DNA from: a virus
Taxonomy: Duplodnaviria > Heunggongvirae > Uroviricota > Caudoviricetes
DNA length: 42,288 nt
Reading direction: 5' to 3' (one strand)
IMG/VR virus record: IMGVR_UViG_2778260993_000007
Coordinates: 1 to 42,288 of that record
Below, piece after piece: positions 1 through 9,002 of this stretch. Position 1 is the first letter of the stretch; every line of letters begins with the position of its first letter. The translations under genes and the position numbers were made by a program. The notes beneath the pieces are model-generated. The model saw only the letters and a list, made by a program, of their open reading frames with translations, was not told where the DNA came from and made no database searches.

Positions 1-1257
1 GTGCTTACCGATACAAAATTAAAAAACCTCAAGCCGCAGGACAAACTGTACAAGGTCTCCGATCGTGACGGGCTGTATGTAGCTGTGCTTACGTCAGGCA
101 CGGTCTCGTTTCGCTATGACTACCGTATCAACGGTCGCCGCGAAACACTGGTAATCGGGCAGTATGGGCGTGACGGTATCAGTCTAGCAGAAGCGCGAGA
201 AGAACTGATTGCTGCAAAGAAGCTGCTTAAAGCAGGCCAGTCGCCGGCTGCGGCTAAACGTGACGGTATCAAAAAGATTCGTGGTGCCGAGACGTTTGCG
301 GTACATACCGACAGTTATATGAAACACGTCATCCTGGCTGACAGTACCCGCGCAATGAAGCAGGCGGTGATCGACCGTGACATACTTCCGGTTCTTGGTA
401 ACAAAATGATGGCTGAAATTACCACATCGATGGTTCGTGATTTGTGTGACCGGATTGTCGAACGTGGTGGTCGGGCAACAGCAGTACAGGCCAGGGAGAT
501 CATCAGCAGCGTATACCGTCACGCCAATGACCGTGGTCATGGTTTGTTTAATCCTGCGGCTGACATTAAACCTTCGTCTATCGCCATATTTAAACCACGA
601 GAGCGAACACTGACACCAGAAGAAATTGGCCTATTCTTCCGCACGTTGGATGCCATTGGTGCTATGGGCACTATGAAAATGGCTTTAAAACTGGTGCTTA
701 TCACTATGGTTCGTAAGGGCGAATTCACCAATGCAACGTGGGATGAAATAGATTTTAAAAAATGGACATGGACAATTCCTTCAGACCGCATGAAGGGAAG
801 CCGGGCGCATGTTATTTACCTGCCTAAACAGGCTCAGGATATATTGGTCGGGTTGCAGATGTGCGCTGGTGGAAGTGAATATCTGGTTCCTGGTCGTTAC
901 AATTTCAGGAAGCCATTATCTAATGCCGCGCTGAACTCTCTGATCGACAGAACGGTGAAAATAATAAATGAAGATGGTGAGAATATTCAGGACTTCACAG
1001 TACACGATATGCGCCGTACAGCCAGTACGTTGTTGCATGAGGCTGGTTATCCTTCAGACTGGATTGAAAAGGCTCTGGCACATGAGCAGAAAGGTGTGCG
1101 CGCCGTATATAACAAAGCGGAATACGCCAGACAGCGCGCCTACATGTTGCAGCAGTGGGCCGATATGATTGATTCCTGGATTAACGGGGAGCATACGGAT
1201 CTGATTCCGTTCTCCCCGTCGAAGTTTGAGAAGTGGATGGAAGACAGTAATAAATAA
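1..1257 (+). CDS. int: Phage integrase, tyrosine recombinase (P4-like family)
   Basis: 418 aa ORF; N-terminal region resembles the P4-type integrase arm-binding domain, C-terminal part has tyrosine-recombinase features (HxxR...Y region). Starts with GTG at window position 1, so the true N-terminus may lie outside the window. Confidence 0.85.
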   Translation: MLTDTKLKNLKPQDKLYKVSDRDGLYVAVLTSGTVSFRYDYRINGRRETLVIGQYGRDGISLAEAREELIAAKKLLKAGQSPAAAKRDGIKKIRGAETFAVHTDSYMKHVILADSTRAMKQAVIDRDILPVLGNKMMAEITTSMVRDLCDRIVERGGRATAVQAREIISSVYRHANDRGHGLFNPAADIKPSSIAIFKPRERTLTPEEIGLFFRTLDAIGAMGTMKMALKLVLITMVRKGEFTNATWDEIDFKKWTWTIPSDRMKGSRAHVIYLPKQAQDILVGLQMCAGGSEYLVPGRYNFRKPLSNAALNSLIDRTVKIINEDGENIQDFTVHDMRRTASTLLHEAGYPSDWIEKALAHEQKGVRAVYNKAEYARQRAYMLQQWADMIDSWINGEHTDLIPFSPSKFEKWMEDSNK

Positions 1258-1259
1258 TT

Positions 1260-1919
1260 CTATCCTTCCTGGACTTTGGTAAGCGTCAGATTTCCGCAGA
1301 ACACTGCGCCGGTGTCGATGTACATCTGGTTTGCATACACCAGTGGGTGATGTGCTGGCGTATGACCGAAGATGAACAAATCGGCACCGGTTATCTCCGA
1401 GACAATACCGTCCTGCGCGTCGCTAACCCGTTCACGATTCCATATCACCATTTCTTCTGGTACTGGCTTATCGAATGCGTATTCGTTGTGCGGGTAGTCT
1501 GCGTGACAGATGACGACCTTCTTATTGCCGGTAACCAGTTCGATAATCATCGGGAGGTTGGTAATCTTTGGCAGAAGGTATTTGAGTTGCACATCCTGCT
1601 CAGAATCAAGTTGGTGCCACCATCCACCGCCGTTTGACATCCAATGTCCGAAACTTCTGCCGTTGACCAGTGCATCCAGCATCATCTGCTCATGGTTGCC
1701 ACGAACAGCTCGGAACCACGGCATAGTAATCAAATCCAGGCATTCGACGTTTTCAGCGCCGCGCTCAACAAGGTCACCAACGGAAATAAGTAAATCGCGC
1801 ACCGGGTCGAATGAAACTTTGTCGAGTTCGTTCATCAGCAGCGTGTAGCACCCATGCAGATCGCCGACGACGAAGATATTGCACCAGTCAGCGCCATTGA
1901 TGCGTTGATATAGGTTCAT
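1260..1919 (-). CDS. Ser/Thr protein phosphatase (metallophosphoesterase, lambda-phosphatase/PrpA-like)
   Basis: Internal start at MNLYQ within track ORF 1260..2039; metallophosphatase motifs GDLHG, GDLVERG and GNHE present. Confidence 0.85.
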   Translation of the reverse strand: MNLYQRINGADWCNIFVVGDLHGCYTLLMNELDKVSFDPVRDLLISVGDLVERGAENVECLDLITMPWFRAVRGNHEQMMLDALVNGRSFGHWMSNGGGWWHQLDSEQDVQLKYLLPKITNLPMIIELVTGNKKVVICHADYPHNEYAFDKPVPEEMVIWNRERVSDAQDGIVSEITGADLFIFGHTPAHHPLVYANQMYIDTGAVFCGNLTLTKVQEG

Positions 1920-2566
1920 GCTGCACGCTCCCGCCCCTGGTTGTCTATTGGTGACACCGGAGCATTGCTGAATGCATTTGTTAATCCTCCAATATCCAAC
2001 GCGTATCCAGGGTGTAGTTGCACTGCCGGGTCTTCGCACTGATTACCCCAAACATCGAAGCCATGAGACGTCTGGCGGGCGAACAGTTCAATGCGAGAAA
2101 CATCGCCTAACAATTGCACAAGTTTTTCACGAACGATATCTGGTTTTCTTGAATGCTCAAGCCGCGGTGCGGTAAATGACTGAACGATCCCTGCATTAAT
2201 GCGCGTAGGTAGTTTTCCCTTTACCGCAAACAGGCAATCTTCACTATTGGCGCGAGTCATGTGCCCCATACCCATAACCAGTTTATCTGGTTGTCGACTA
2301 CCACATTTTATCCACGTGAAGCCCTTCATGGTCATCAGACGGAATCCCCAGGCTTCAACAACTTTTAGCGCTTCGAGTGGTTGTGTTGGCACCCACCACA
2401 TAGCCAACAGACAGTTTTCATCGGCCAAATCCCACACAGGAAGGTGGCAGATATCCATCACACTCATAACCGGATATTTAAAACTGGCACCGCGATTACC
2501 ATCTGCGGCTTTGTCCCGGTATACCCAGGGTGGATCTGCATAGATTAGTGTGTATTTCTTAGTCAT
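1916..2566 (-). CDS. MT-A70 family DNA N6-adenine methyltransferase
   Basis: DPPW catalytic motif (YADPPWVY) near N-terminus; start refined to MTKKYTLIY with GGTGG RBS; 4-nt overlap with the phosphatase start. Confidence 0.8.
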   Translation of the reverse strand: MTKKYTLIYADPPWVYRDKAADGNRGASFKYPVMSVMDICHLPVWDLADENCLLAMWWVPTQPLEALKVVEAWGFRLMTMKGFTWIKCGSRQPDKLVMGMGHMTRANSEDCLFAVKGKLPTRINAGIVQSFTAPRLEHSRKPDIVREKLVQLLGDVSRIELFARQTSHGFDVWGNQCEDPAVQLHPGYALDIGGLTNAFSNAPVSPIDNQGRERAA

Positions 2567-2858
2567 AAACCACCCCACAACATCCTATGCCGCTATAGTC
2601 GCCACGGCGAAGGCCGTTACCTTTTGTGATACATTGGTCCCTGCGAACCGCGATCCTTGCACGTTCAACATCACCAGAAGCAACATCCATACACTGAAGC
2701 CAAAGGTGAGCGGCAATGCGGAATTGCCCTTTTTTCTCTCTTTCAATCGCGCGTTTTTCGATCTCTATCGCCGCAGGAGTAACGGCGACAATCTTTGAAG
2801 GGCTGCGCATTGAAACCTTGTTCATGTGATATTTTTCAAGTCGGCTTAACTTTCTCAC
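2559..2858 (-). CDS. Hypothetical protein
   Basis: 99 aa ORF filling the gap between methyltransferase and AlpA-like gene; alternative start codon with GAGGG upstream; no recognisable motif. Confidence 0.35.
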   Translation of the reverse strand: MRKLSRLEKYHMNKVSMRSPSKIVAVTPAAIEIEKRAIEREKKGQFRIAAHLWLQCMDVASGDVERARIAVRRDQCITKGNGLRRGDYSGIGCCGVVYD

Positions 2859-2967
2859 TTAATCCAACCCTCTCTGAAAATTAATGCCAGCAGATAAAGC
2901 CATGCTGAAACAGAGGCCAGGAATAAGTACCATCCTGACCATTTGCTCCAGTGCCTTAGCAGCGCAC

Positions 2968-3216
2968 TCATGCAGCGTTGCTCACGGGACGATATACACG
3001 TTGCTGAACAGGAGGTTTTTTACCCTGGAACTCTGCCGGGCTTGCTGCCTGACGTTCATCAAGCCAACGCTCAACTTCGTCACGGTTCCATGCGCAGCGT
3101 TTGTCAGTGATATACCAGCGTTTAGGAAATTCCCCTGCGCGCTCCATACGGTCGATAGTGCTCCATGACAGTGGCACCACCGCCAGGAGTTCCTTCTTAC
3201 CTAATGCACCTTTCAT
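2968..3216 (-). CDS. AlpA-family transcriptional regulator / excisionase-like protein
   Basis: 82 aa with HTH region (LSWSTIDRMERAGEFPKRW) typical of AlpA/phage excisionase-like proteins; sits in the integrase-proximal early operon. Confidence 0.7.
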   Translation of the reverse strand: MKGALGKKELLAVVPLSWSTIDRMERAGEFPKRWYITDKRCAWNRDEVERWLDERQAASPAEFQGKKPPVQQRVYRPVSNAA

Positions 3217-3265
3217 AAATACCTCTCTTGGTTGCAGTGCGGCGCGTGTGGCGCCGCGGTGGTGG

Positions 3266-4147
3266 TTACATAGATGTTTCGTTTAATTCTTCCCGACGAA
3301 CGCTGTAAACGTCGGTGGCTTTTGCCAGCAGTTCGTCATCATCTGAAAGTTTTTGTGCAATGTATTTGTAAGCCTTATCCAGTTCGGAGACAGTGCTGTA
3401 ATTCATCGCTGCGCTGGTAAAGGCCATCAGCATTTCTTCTGGATCACGGCTATCCGCTTTACGAGTTTGCTCATCAGGCTTTTTCACTGGTTTAGCGTTG
3501 ATCAGACTGTTCATTCCCGCAGCAGTAGTTGTTTGCGGAGTAATGTCTCGCTCAACGCGCGGTGCCGTTTCCTGTAATTCGTCAGGGGTGTAAACACCGA
3601 GAAGCACATCAGGAGCGTGCAGGCGAGCCCATCGTTTCGTGCAAAGATAGGCAAGCTGCTGGCGCGGATCCTGTTCCCACAATGGAGAGTTACGCACTCC
3701 GGCTTGCGCCATACTGATGGTAAGCTCACGGGGTTCTGCTTCTCCTTTAAGAACTGCTGACACAGTTACCGTCAGATTCGGTGATTTATCTGTTTTGCCG
3801 TTAACATTCGACCAGTCACCGCTCCAGCGATAATTCAGGCGTGTCGCCAGCAGGCTGGAAGAGGATACGACCGCGTTTACCAACTGTGCTTCGTAGCCTA
3901 ACGTTCCGTTTACCACATGCGTTTTCTGCGCCACGGCGAAAGGGTTCATTCCCCACTGTGCCGCCTGCATGGTCACCGCCAGACAATCGGCAGTTTTGCC
4001 TTCAAGATGTTTCGGTACAGTCGCTTTGCTTTGTGACATCAACTCCGCGAAACGCACCAGTTGATTCATGCCCTCCGGGCTGAAGATTGCCGCAGCAGTA
4101 CCTACAGTTGCACCTGGTTGTGATGTGATTGCGATATCATTGCTCAT
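3266..4147 (-). CDS. recT: RecT/Red-beta family single-strand annealing protein
   Basis: 293 aa; lambda Bet-like segment (APRVERDITP) and overall RecT/Bet-like composition; immediately downstream of an exonuclease partner with ATGA overlap. Confidence 0.75.
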   Translation of the reverse strand: MSNDIAITSQPGATVGTAAAIFSPEGMNQLVRFAELMSQSKATVPKHLEGKTADCLAVTMQAAQWGMNPFAVAQKTHVVNGTLGYEAQLVNAVVSSSSLLATRLNYRWSGDWSNVNGKTDKSPNLTVTVSAVLKGEAEPRELTISMAQAGVRNSPLWEQDPRQQLAYLCTKRWARLHAPDVLLGVYTPDELQETAPRVERDITPQTTTAAGMNSLINAKPVKKPDEQTRKADSRDPEEMLMAFTSAAMNYSTVSELDKAYKYIAQKLSDDDELLAKATDVYSVRREELNETSM

Positions 4148-4965
4148 ACGTACATATCCTGTTTACGTGCCCAGTCAGGGCGTTTAATAATTTCCACTCC
4201 GCCCCATTCATCGTTGATGCGGCATTCGTGATAGGTATTCAGATCCCGGCGGAACAGAGCGTGCCCGGCATCGACATCTGGCGCATCCAGCTCGAACACG
4301 CGTACCGGATACCGACCACAATCAATGCTTTCGCTCACGGCAAGAAAGAAAAAACCATGCGGCTGACCAGTAACCCTCATTGCGCCTTCGCGGTACATTG
4401 CGTCCTGCACGTGGTAGCGGAATTCCTCGATGTGGCGTGCAAAACGGTCCATATCTGCAACCTTTTTCACGTCGACGATCACGTTGTGCTCGTTCAGCCA
4501 TTTGTCTGGACGAATTCGGCACAACTCACCCGTCTCTTCATCGTTCCAGTACATTGATGCTTCGCAGTAACCAGGTGCTTCCAACATCCAGCGTGCCGCC
4601 GGGTGAGCCATTGCGCTATCACGCATCAGCTCTAGTTTCCGCCACTGCTCGGCATCAAGTACCGTAATCCCCATATCCGCCACATCACGAAGAAATGCCT
4701 CTTCGTCAGCTTTACCTTGTTTCGTCCGACGATCGAATTTCGGCGAAACAATGAAGCGTTTGTCGAACTCTCCAGGCTCCAGAAGAAGACAGTGCAATGC
4801 GGTTCCCATATCCAGTGCAGACTTTTTCTCTTCGTCTTCTGGTGCTGCCTGAACCCATTTAAGAAGCGCCGGATTCTTGGCAACCATGTCCAGTTGCGAC
4901 TTACTCACGCCGTCCCCGGCGTGGTAGTCTTCGTTGCTGATGTCGAAATAAATTCCCGGTTTCAT
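4144..4965 (-). CDS. YqaJ-like viral recombinase exonuclease (PD-(D/E)XK)
   Basis: 273 aa; typical partner gene upstream of recT; conserved acidic/lysine residues consistent with a PD-(D/E)XK nuclease. Confidence 0.75.
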   Translation of the reverse strand: MKPGIYFDISNEDYHAGDGVSKSQLDMVAKNPALLKWVQAAPEDEEKKSALDMGTALHCLLLEPGEFDKRFIVSPKFDRRTKQGKADEEAFLRDVADMGITVLDAEQWRKLELMRDSAMAHPAARWMLEAPGYCEASMYWNDEETGELCRIRPDKWLNEHNVIVDVKKVADMDRFARHIEEFRYHVQDAMYREGAMRVTGQPHGFFFLAVSESIDCGRYPVRVFELDAPDVDAGHALFRRDLNTYHECRINDEWGGVEIIKRPDWARKQDMYV

Positions 4966-5261
4966 GCCGCTTCCCTCTGCCCATCAATCCGATCCGCCAG
5001 ATCCCAGCGTGCGATAATTGCCATTGCCTCGCGCCGGTAGGCATCCATAAGTTCTTCGAACTCAGGGCTGTCTTTAGCTGCCTCCAGCACTTCCTGGCGA
5101 ACTCCTTTGCCTGTTACAGCGTCAAAAGTTGAGGCCAGTTGATGAAGCCGGATACTCTCGATCAGTTCAACTTGTCGGTCATATAGCTGTTCTGACAGGC
5201 GGTAGTCCTTGTCGAATGCCAGCATGATTTTTTGAAGATTTTTCTGCTGATTAACGTTCAT
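4962..5261 (-). CDS. Hypothetical early protein
   Basis: Start refined to MNVNQQ (GAGGG RBS 6 nt upstream); translationally coupled to exonuclease gene. Confidence 0.5.
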   Translation of the reverse strand: MNVNQQKNLQKIMLAFDKDYRLSEQLYDRQVELIESIRLHQLASTFDAVTGKGVRQEVLEAAKDSPEFEELMDAYRREAMAIIARWDLADRIDGQREAA

Positions 5262-5267
5262 TATCAG

Positions 5268-5416
5268 CCCTCCCATATCTCGTTATCGTTGGCCACATCG
5301 CGAGCTTCTTTGCTGACGAAAGCCCACTTAATGCCTTCCTGTAAGGTGCGGAACTTCCAGCTCATGAATCCGCATGCAGTAACGCAGTACCAACCGTTGA
5401 TGATTTTCCACTGCAT
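5268..5416 (-). CDS. Small hypothetical protein (about 49 aa), first gene of leftward operon
   Basis: ATG preceded by GAGGTAA RBS just downstream of predicted PL; stop overlaps next start. Not in ORF track (below 60 aa); coordinates approximate. Confidence 0.3.
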
Positions 5417-5435
5417 AACTTGTTACCTCGGTCTG

Positions 5436-5512
5436 TTACCGTTGAGGTAATAATTATGCGTATCTGGTTTGGTGTCAATAGATATGAGTTAAAAAAATTA
5501 CCCGTTAGGTAA
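5436..5512. promoter_or_regulatory. Predicted OL operator pair flanking PL
   Basis: Perfect palindromes TTACC-GTTGA-GGTAA (about 5436..5450) and TTACC-CGTTA-GGTAA (about 5498..5512) flank a minus-strand promoter with perfect -35 TTGACA (plus-strand tgtcaa about 5474..5479). Confidence 0.6.
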
Positions 5513-5523
5513 TCGAATAGGCA

Positions 5524-5547
5524 ATAAAAAAGCCGCCATAAGGCGGC
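5524..5547 (-). terminator. Rho-independent terminator after repressor gene
   Basis: Minus-strand stem GCCGCC-TTAT-GGCGGC followed by TTTTTT. Confidence 0.7.
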
Positions 5548-5569
5548 TTACTTACTGAAAAATATGATT

Positions 5570-6154
5570 TTATTGTTTGTTTTTTTCGTTCTGGTTGATG
5601 ACAAATTCAATGTAACTTTCGATCTTTGCCTTCTCTGTTTCAGGTAACAATGCGTAGCGCGAGCGGTCATAGTTGATAGTTGCAGGGTCATGCGGATGAA
5701 TCAGTAGTTCATATCCGTGACGCCCGAATGCAGATGCAACATTCTCCAGGGTGGAAATGGAAACGCTGACCTCATTGTTTAACAGGCGGCTTATTGTCAC
5801 CTGGGCGACGCCGGATGCGCGGTGAAGTTTTCCCTGAGTTGAAAGGTCGCGGCTTTCACTCATCCAGCGTTCCAGGTTGTGAGCTGCCAGCTGACCAATG
5901 TCGCTTGGTCCGACAGGCTGAAAACCTTCCTGAGAAAGCGAGCGATCGATATCAAGCCAGTTACGGGGTTTATTGGCGGCAGCTTCGATTTTTCGCGCAA
6001 CCTGGTCGCCGATAACCTTCTTGCCAAGAGCCCAGCGGTTTACCAGATTTGCCTGAGTTCCAAGTTTTTCTGCCATCCGCGTCTGAACACCATTGAATTC
6101 ACGGTCGATCAAGTCGTTGAGATTTTGCCTGCGGACGTCCTGGATACTTTTCAT
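5570..6154 (-). CDS. Prophage repressor (CI-like), tandem HTH, no S24 autopeptidase domain
   Basis: 194 aa; N-terminal XRE-type HTH (QTRMAEKLGTQANLVNRWALGKK) and a second HTH-like segment; divergent from Cro-like gene with operator repeats between; no Ala-Gly/Ser-Lys peptidase motifs seen. Confidence 0.7.
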   Translation of the reverse strand: MKSIQDVRRQNLNDLIDREFNGVQTRMAEKLGTQANLVNRWALGKKVIGDQVARKIEAAANKPRNWLDIDRSLSQEGFQPVGPSDIGQLAAHNLERWMSESRDLSTQGKLHRASGVAQVTISRLLNNEVSVSISTLENVASAFGRHGYELLIHPHDPATINYDRSRYALLPETEKAKIESYIEFVINQNEKNKQ

Positions 6155-6209
6155 TTTCTGGAAAATCGCCTCATATATGAATCAGTAGATGATTCAATTT
6201 AAAGCAATA

Positions 6210-6283
6210 TTACCCAACAGGTAAATGCACCCCATAGGTAACTATCCTTGATTTTTGTTACCTTATGGGTGAATATTTATTAT
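6210..6283. promoter_or_regulatory. Predicted OR operator triplet and PR promoter
   Basis: TTACC-CAACA-GGTAA (6210..6224), imperfect GCACC-CCATA-GGTAA (6227..6241), imperfect TTACC-TTATG-GGTGA (6258..6272); PR -35 TTGTTA (6255..6260) and -10 TATTAT (6278..6283) ahead of the Cro-like gene. Confidence 0.6.
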
Positions 6284-6308
6284 CTGAAATAAATATCAGG
6301 CAATAGCT

Positions 6309-6539
6309 ATGAGCGATAACGGACATTTCGATTTCAAAAAGCACTGGCTTGCACTTACTCCGGATGAGCGTGAAGCCTTCGCACAGGAAGCCGGAACGAC
6401 GAGTCACTATATCCAGACTCACTTAACAGGTAAGCGCAAAATGCCAGGTAAGGTATTGATGAATGGGCTTTTTAAAGCCTGTAAAACAAGACAATGGCTG
6501 CGCTCAAAAGCAGAACTGGCATACTTCTTCTACTCATGA
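6309..6539 (+). CDS. Cro/CII-like HTH regulator
   Basis: 76 aa; first gene of rightward operon; HTH-like segment (TTSHYIQTHLTGKRKMPGK) resembling lambda CII. Confidence 0.55.
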   Translation: MSDNGHFDFKKHWLALTPDEREAFAQEAGTTSHYIQTHLTGKRKMPGKVLMNGLFKACKTRQWLRSKAELAYFFYS

Positions 6540-6560
6540 TATCCAGCCACAACCCTCTGT

Positions 6561-6586
6561 AGACCGTCATCCGGCGGTCTTTTCAT
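6561..6586 (+). terminator. Putative terminator after Cro-like gene
   Basis: AGACCG...CGGTCT inverted repeat followed by TTTTC. Confidence 0.45.
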
Positions 6587-6595
6587 ATCTATTCT

Positions 6596-6610
6596 CACCT
6601 CAAAGGTAAT
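6596..6610. promoter_or_regulatory. Operator-like site TCACC-TCAAA-GGTAA
   Basis: 9/10 match to the palindrome; between Cro-like gene terminator and next operon. Confidence 0.45.
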
Positions 6611-6689
6611 AAAAAACCAAATCTGGTTGATCTTTTTTTTGTGTCAGCACAAAATAACCGTAATCCCAATACTAATAACAGGGCTTACC

Positions 6690-6890
6690 ATGGAAATCAT
6701 TACACGTATTGATGCCGCAAAGCGCGGACTTAAACGCTACTACACCGGAAAACCATGTAAGCACGGACATGACAGTGAACGCTGGGTTTACAACGGACAC
6801 TGTGTTGAGTGCACCATGGAATCAAACCGTCGCATCAGGGCAGAGATTAAGCAGATCATGATTAATTCCTCCCCACAACATTCAAGCTGA
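6690..6890 (+). CDS. Small zinc-ribbon protein (hypothetical)
   Basis: Start refined to MEIITRID; CxH...CxxC motif (CKHGHDSERWVYNGHCVEC). Confidence 0.4.
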   Translation: MEIITRIDAAKRGLKRYYTGKPCKHGHDSERWVYNGHCVECTMESNRRIRAEIKQIMINSSPQHSS

Positions 6891-6905
6891 TAGCGGAGAT
6901 TAATC

Positions 6906-7697
6906 ATGAGCAGACATGCAACAGATTGGGCCTGGGAGACAGATCCAGGTAGCTCGTCATTAAAGCTCATACTGCTCTCGATGGCTGACAGAGCCGATGA
7001 ATATAACCTCTGCTACCCCAGCATAGAACGACTCGTTAAAGACACTTGTCTGAATAAAAAAACCGTGCAGGCCGGGCTTATATCGCTCATGAAAATGGGG
7101 CTTATTTCAGATACCGGAGAGAGAAAGGGAGCGACAAAAAGAGTGCGGGTTTTCTCTCTTAATATAACCAAAAACGGGAACATTAAAGGCAACCGGGAGG
7201 GGGGCAATGAACCCGAAAACGGTAATGTTACCGAAAACGGGAATATACCCAAAAACGGGATGTTGAATGATCCCAAAAACGGGATCCAGAACCAGTCATA
7301 TAACCGGTCATTTAACCAAGAGAGGGAGAGCAGGACAAAAAACGGGGATTCTGTGTCTCATGACCCCGGCGCAAACAACGCCGTGATGAATAACTTTGTT
7401 CCTCCTGGTGGGCCAGGGCAATTAGGCAAATTTGTCATGCATGAACAATGGCAGCCATCAGATGACTTTCTTCGGAAAAGCTCATTGCAGGGAATCTACC
7501 TGGATAGTCTGCCAACGGCACAGGAACTTGCAGAGTTCAGAATTTACTGGATGGCTGAGGGTAAGGCATACCATCAGGCACAGTGGGAGCAGAAGCTGGC
7601 AAGGCGGCTGCAGATTAGCAGACAGAAGCAATCAACATTACCTGATAACAACGTTCCGCACTGGAATAGCCCTGAAGCATGGGAGGATTTCTTGTGA
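6906..7697 (+). CDS. Replication initiation protein (HTH N-terminal domain, DnaT-like C-terminal domain)
   Basis: 263 aa; N-terminal HTH replication-protein-like region; Asn/Gly-rich middle encoded by DNA iterons; C-terminal region resembles DnaT-type primosomal domain. Confidence 0.7.
   Translation: MSRHATDWAWETDPGSSSLKLILLSMADRADEYNLCYPSIERLVKDTCLNKKTVQAGLISLMKMGLISDTGERKGATKRVRVFSLNITKNGNIKGNREGGNEPENGNVTENGNIPKNGMLNDPKNGIQNQSYNRSFNQERESRTKNGDSVSHDPGANNAVMNNFVPPGGPGQLGKFVMHEQWQPSDDFLRKSSLQGIYLDSLPTAQELAEFRIYWMAEGKAYHQAQWEQKLARRLQISRQKQSTLPDNNVPHWNSPEAWEDFL
7168..7284. repeat. Iteron array (putative phage origin of replication) inside replication initiator gene
   Basis: Five direct repeats CC(A/G)AAAACGG(G/T)A(A/T) at about 7168, 7213, 7231, 7248, 7272; lambda-like placement of ori within the initiator gene. 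Confidence 0.65.
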
Positions 7698-8479
7698 ACA
7701 ACGTTTTTACCGCGATACAAAACCGTGACGGAGAAGCCCTTTCTCGCATGTCAGGTTATGAGCATCAGTACGTCAACAATGACAATGTGGTGAACATGTC
7801 AGCAGAGAGGCTTGTTGATGCCCTTTTCAAACAGCTGAAACAACTGTTTCCGGCGGCAGTGGTAACCAACCTGAAGACGCCAGAGCAGGAAGTCGCTGCA
7901 AAACAGCAGTGGATTGCTGCGTTTGCCGAAGGGGGGATCCGAACCCGTGAACAGGTTTCTGCTGGTATGCGCCACGCCCGCGCCAGTGAGTCTCCGTTCT
8001 GGCCGTCGCCAGGGCAATTCATCAAGTGGTGTAAAGACAGCAAGATGGTTCTTGGCGTCACCATTGACGATGTGATGGCGGAGTTTCACCGGTACAGCAA
8101 GGAAAAAAGTTTATATCCTGGTGGTCCCGAAAGATTCCCGTGGCGACATCCGGTTATGTACTGGGTCGTATGTGATACCCGCCGTGCAATGTATCAGCGC
8201 CAGCTTAGCGAGATTGAGGTTGAGAAACACGCGCGCAGGCTGCTCGATGATTGGGCGAAAAAGGTGGCTTCCGGACAGCAGATACCCGATCCGGTGATCA
8301 GCATACAGGCAAAGCCAGAACCCATGAGTACACCTCCGGACACAGGGAGAGACGTTTACCATCCACCAGGGCGAAGTTTCGGGTGCATGCCTAACGCCGC
8401 CACCCTTGGGGGAATAACACCGGCGCAGTGGCTGATGGAGGAATACAGGCGGGGAAAGGCGGCAGGATTTATCAAGTAA
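7679..8479 (+). CDS. Replication protein P-like helicase loader
   Basis: Clear similarity to lambda P central region (GMRHARASESPFWPSPGQFIKWC vs lambda GMRVARRQNRPFLPSPGQFVAWC). Confidence 0.8.
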   Translation: MGGFLVNNVFTAIQNRDGEALSRMSGYEHQYVNNDNVVNMSAERLVDALFKQLKQLFPAAVVTNLKTPEQEVAAKQQWIAAFAEGGIRTREQVSAGMRHARASESPFWPSPGQFIKWCKDSKMVLGVTIDDVMAEFHRYSKEKSLYPGGPERFPWRHPVMYWVVCDTRRAMYQRQLSEIEVEKHARRLLDDWAKKVASGQQIPDPVISIQAKPEPMSTPPDTGRDVYHPPGRSFGCMPNAATLGGITPAQWLMEEYRRGKAAGFIK

Positions 8480-8484
8480 TACCA

Positions 8485-8505
8485 GCGCGATAGCGCATTT
8501 TTTTA
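8485..8505 (+). terminator. Weak putative terminator after P-like gene
   Basis: Short GC stem (GCGC-GATA-GCGC) followed by seven T. Confidence 0.3.
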
Positions 8506-8516
8506 CGTCTCGATGA

Positions 8517-8593
8517 TTACCTGCTGGGTAATAAAATATTCTAAAATCTATTGATTTCGTGTCTTATGTGGTTTTTAATTACCTCAGGGGTAA
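8517..8593. promoter_or_regulatory. Two operator-like sites upstream of gene 8597
   Basis: TTACC-TGCTG-GGTAA (8517..8531) and TTACC-TCAGG-GGTAA (8579..8593), the second abutting the start codon. Confidence 0.55.
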
Positions 8594-8596
8594 ATC

Positions 8597-8941
8597 ATGA
8601 GAAAACAGATACAGGCTCTTGGTCGACTCAAAACAGGCCAGATGAACAAAACAGAATCTGCGTATTGCCAGCACCTTGAGCAGCGTAAACGTGCAGGGGA
8701 AATCGCCTGGTATCGATTCGAGGGTATCAAGCTGCGGTTAGCTAATAACACGTTCTATACGCCCGATTTCGCTGTGATGCTCGCCACCGGCGAGATGGAA
8801 CTGCACGAAGTGAAAGGTTTCTGGACCGACGACGCCAGGGTGAAAACCAAAGTTGCCGCAGATCAGTATCCGTTCCGAATCATCGGGGTAACGGTTAAAC
8901 CAAAGAAAGCAGGTGGTGGCTGGAACATCGAAGAGTTCTGA
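8597..8941 (+). CDS. DUF1064-like phage protein (possible nuclease fold)
   Basis: 114 aa; pattern YTPDF...ELHEVKG typical of DUF1064-type proteins; operator-like site abuts its start codon. Confidence 0.5.
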   Translation: MRKQIQALGRLKTGQMNKTESAYCQHLEQRKRAGEIAWYRFEGIKLRLANNTFYTPDFAVMLATGEMELHEVKGFWTDDARVKTKVAADQYPFRIIGVTVKPKKAGGGWNIEEF

Positions 8942-9002
8942 ATCGACGATCTTTTTAGTTATCAATGTAATCAATAAGTTATGTGGATAAGCGAGGGTAA
9001 AG

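Noticed and set aside
6906-7697. Asn/Gly-rich repeat region of the replication protein as a protein-level low-complexity artefact
   Set aside because: The repeats are better explained at the DNA level as origin iterons embedded in the gene, so they are kept as a feature rather than dismissed.
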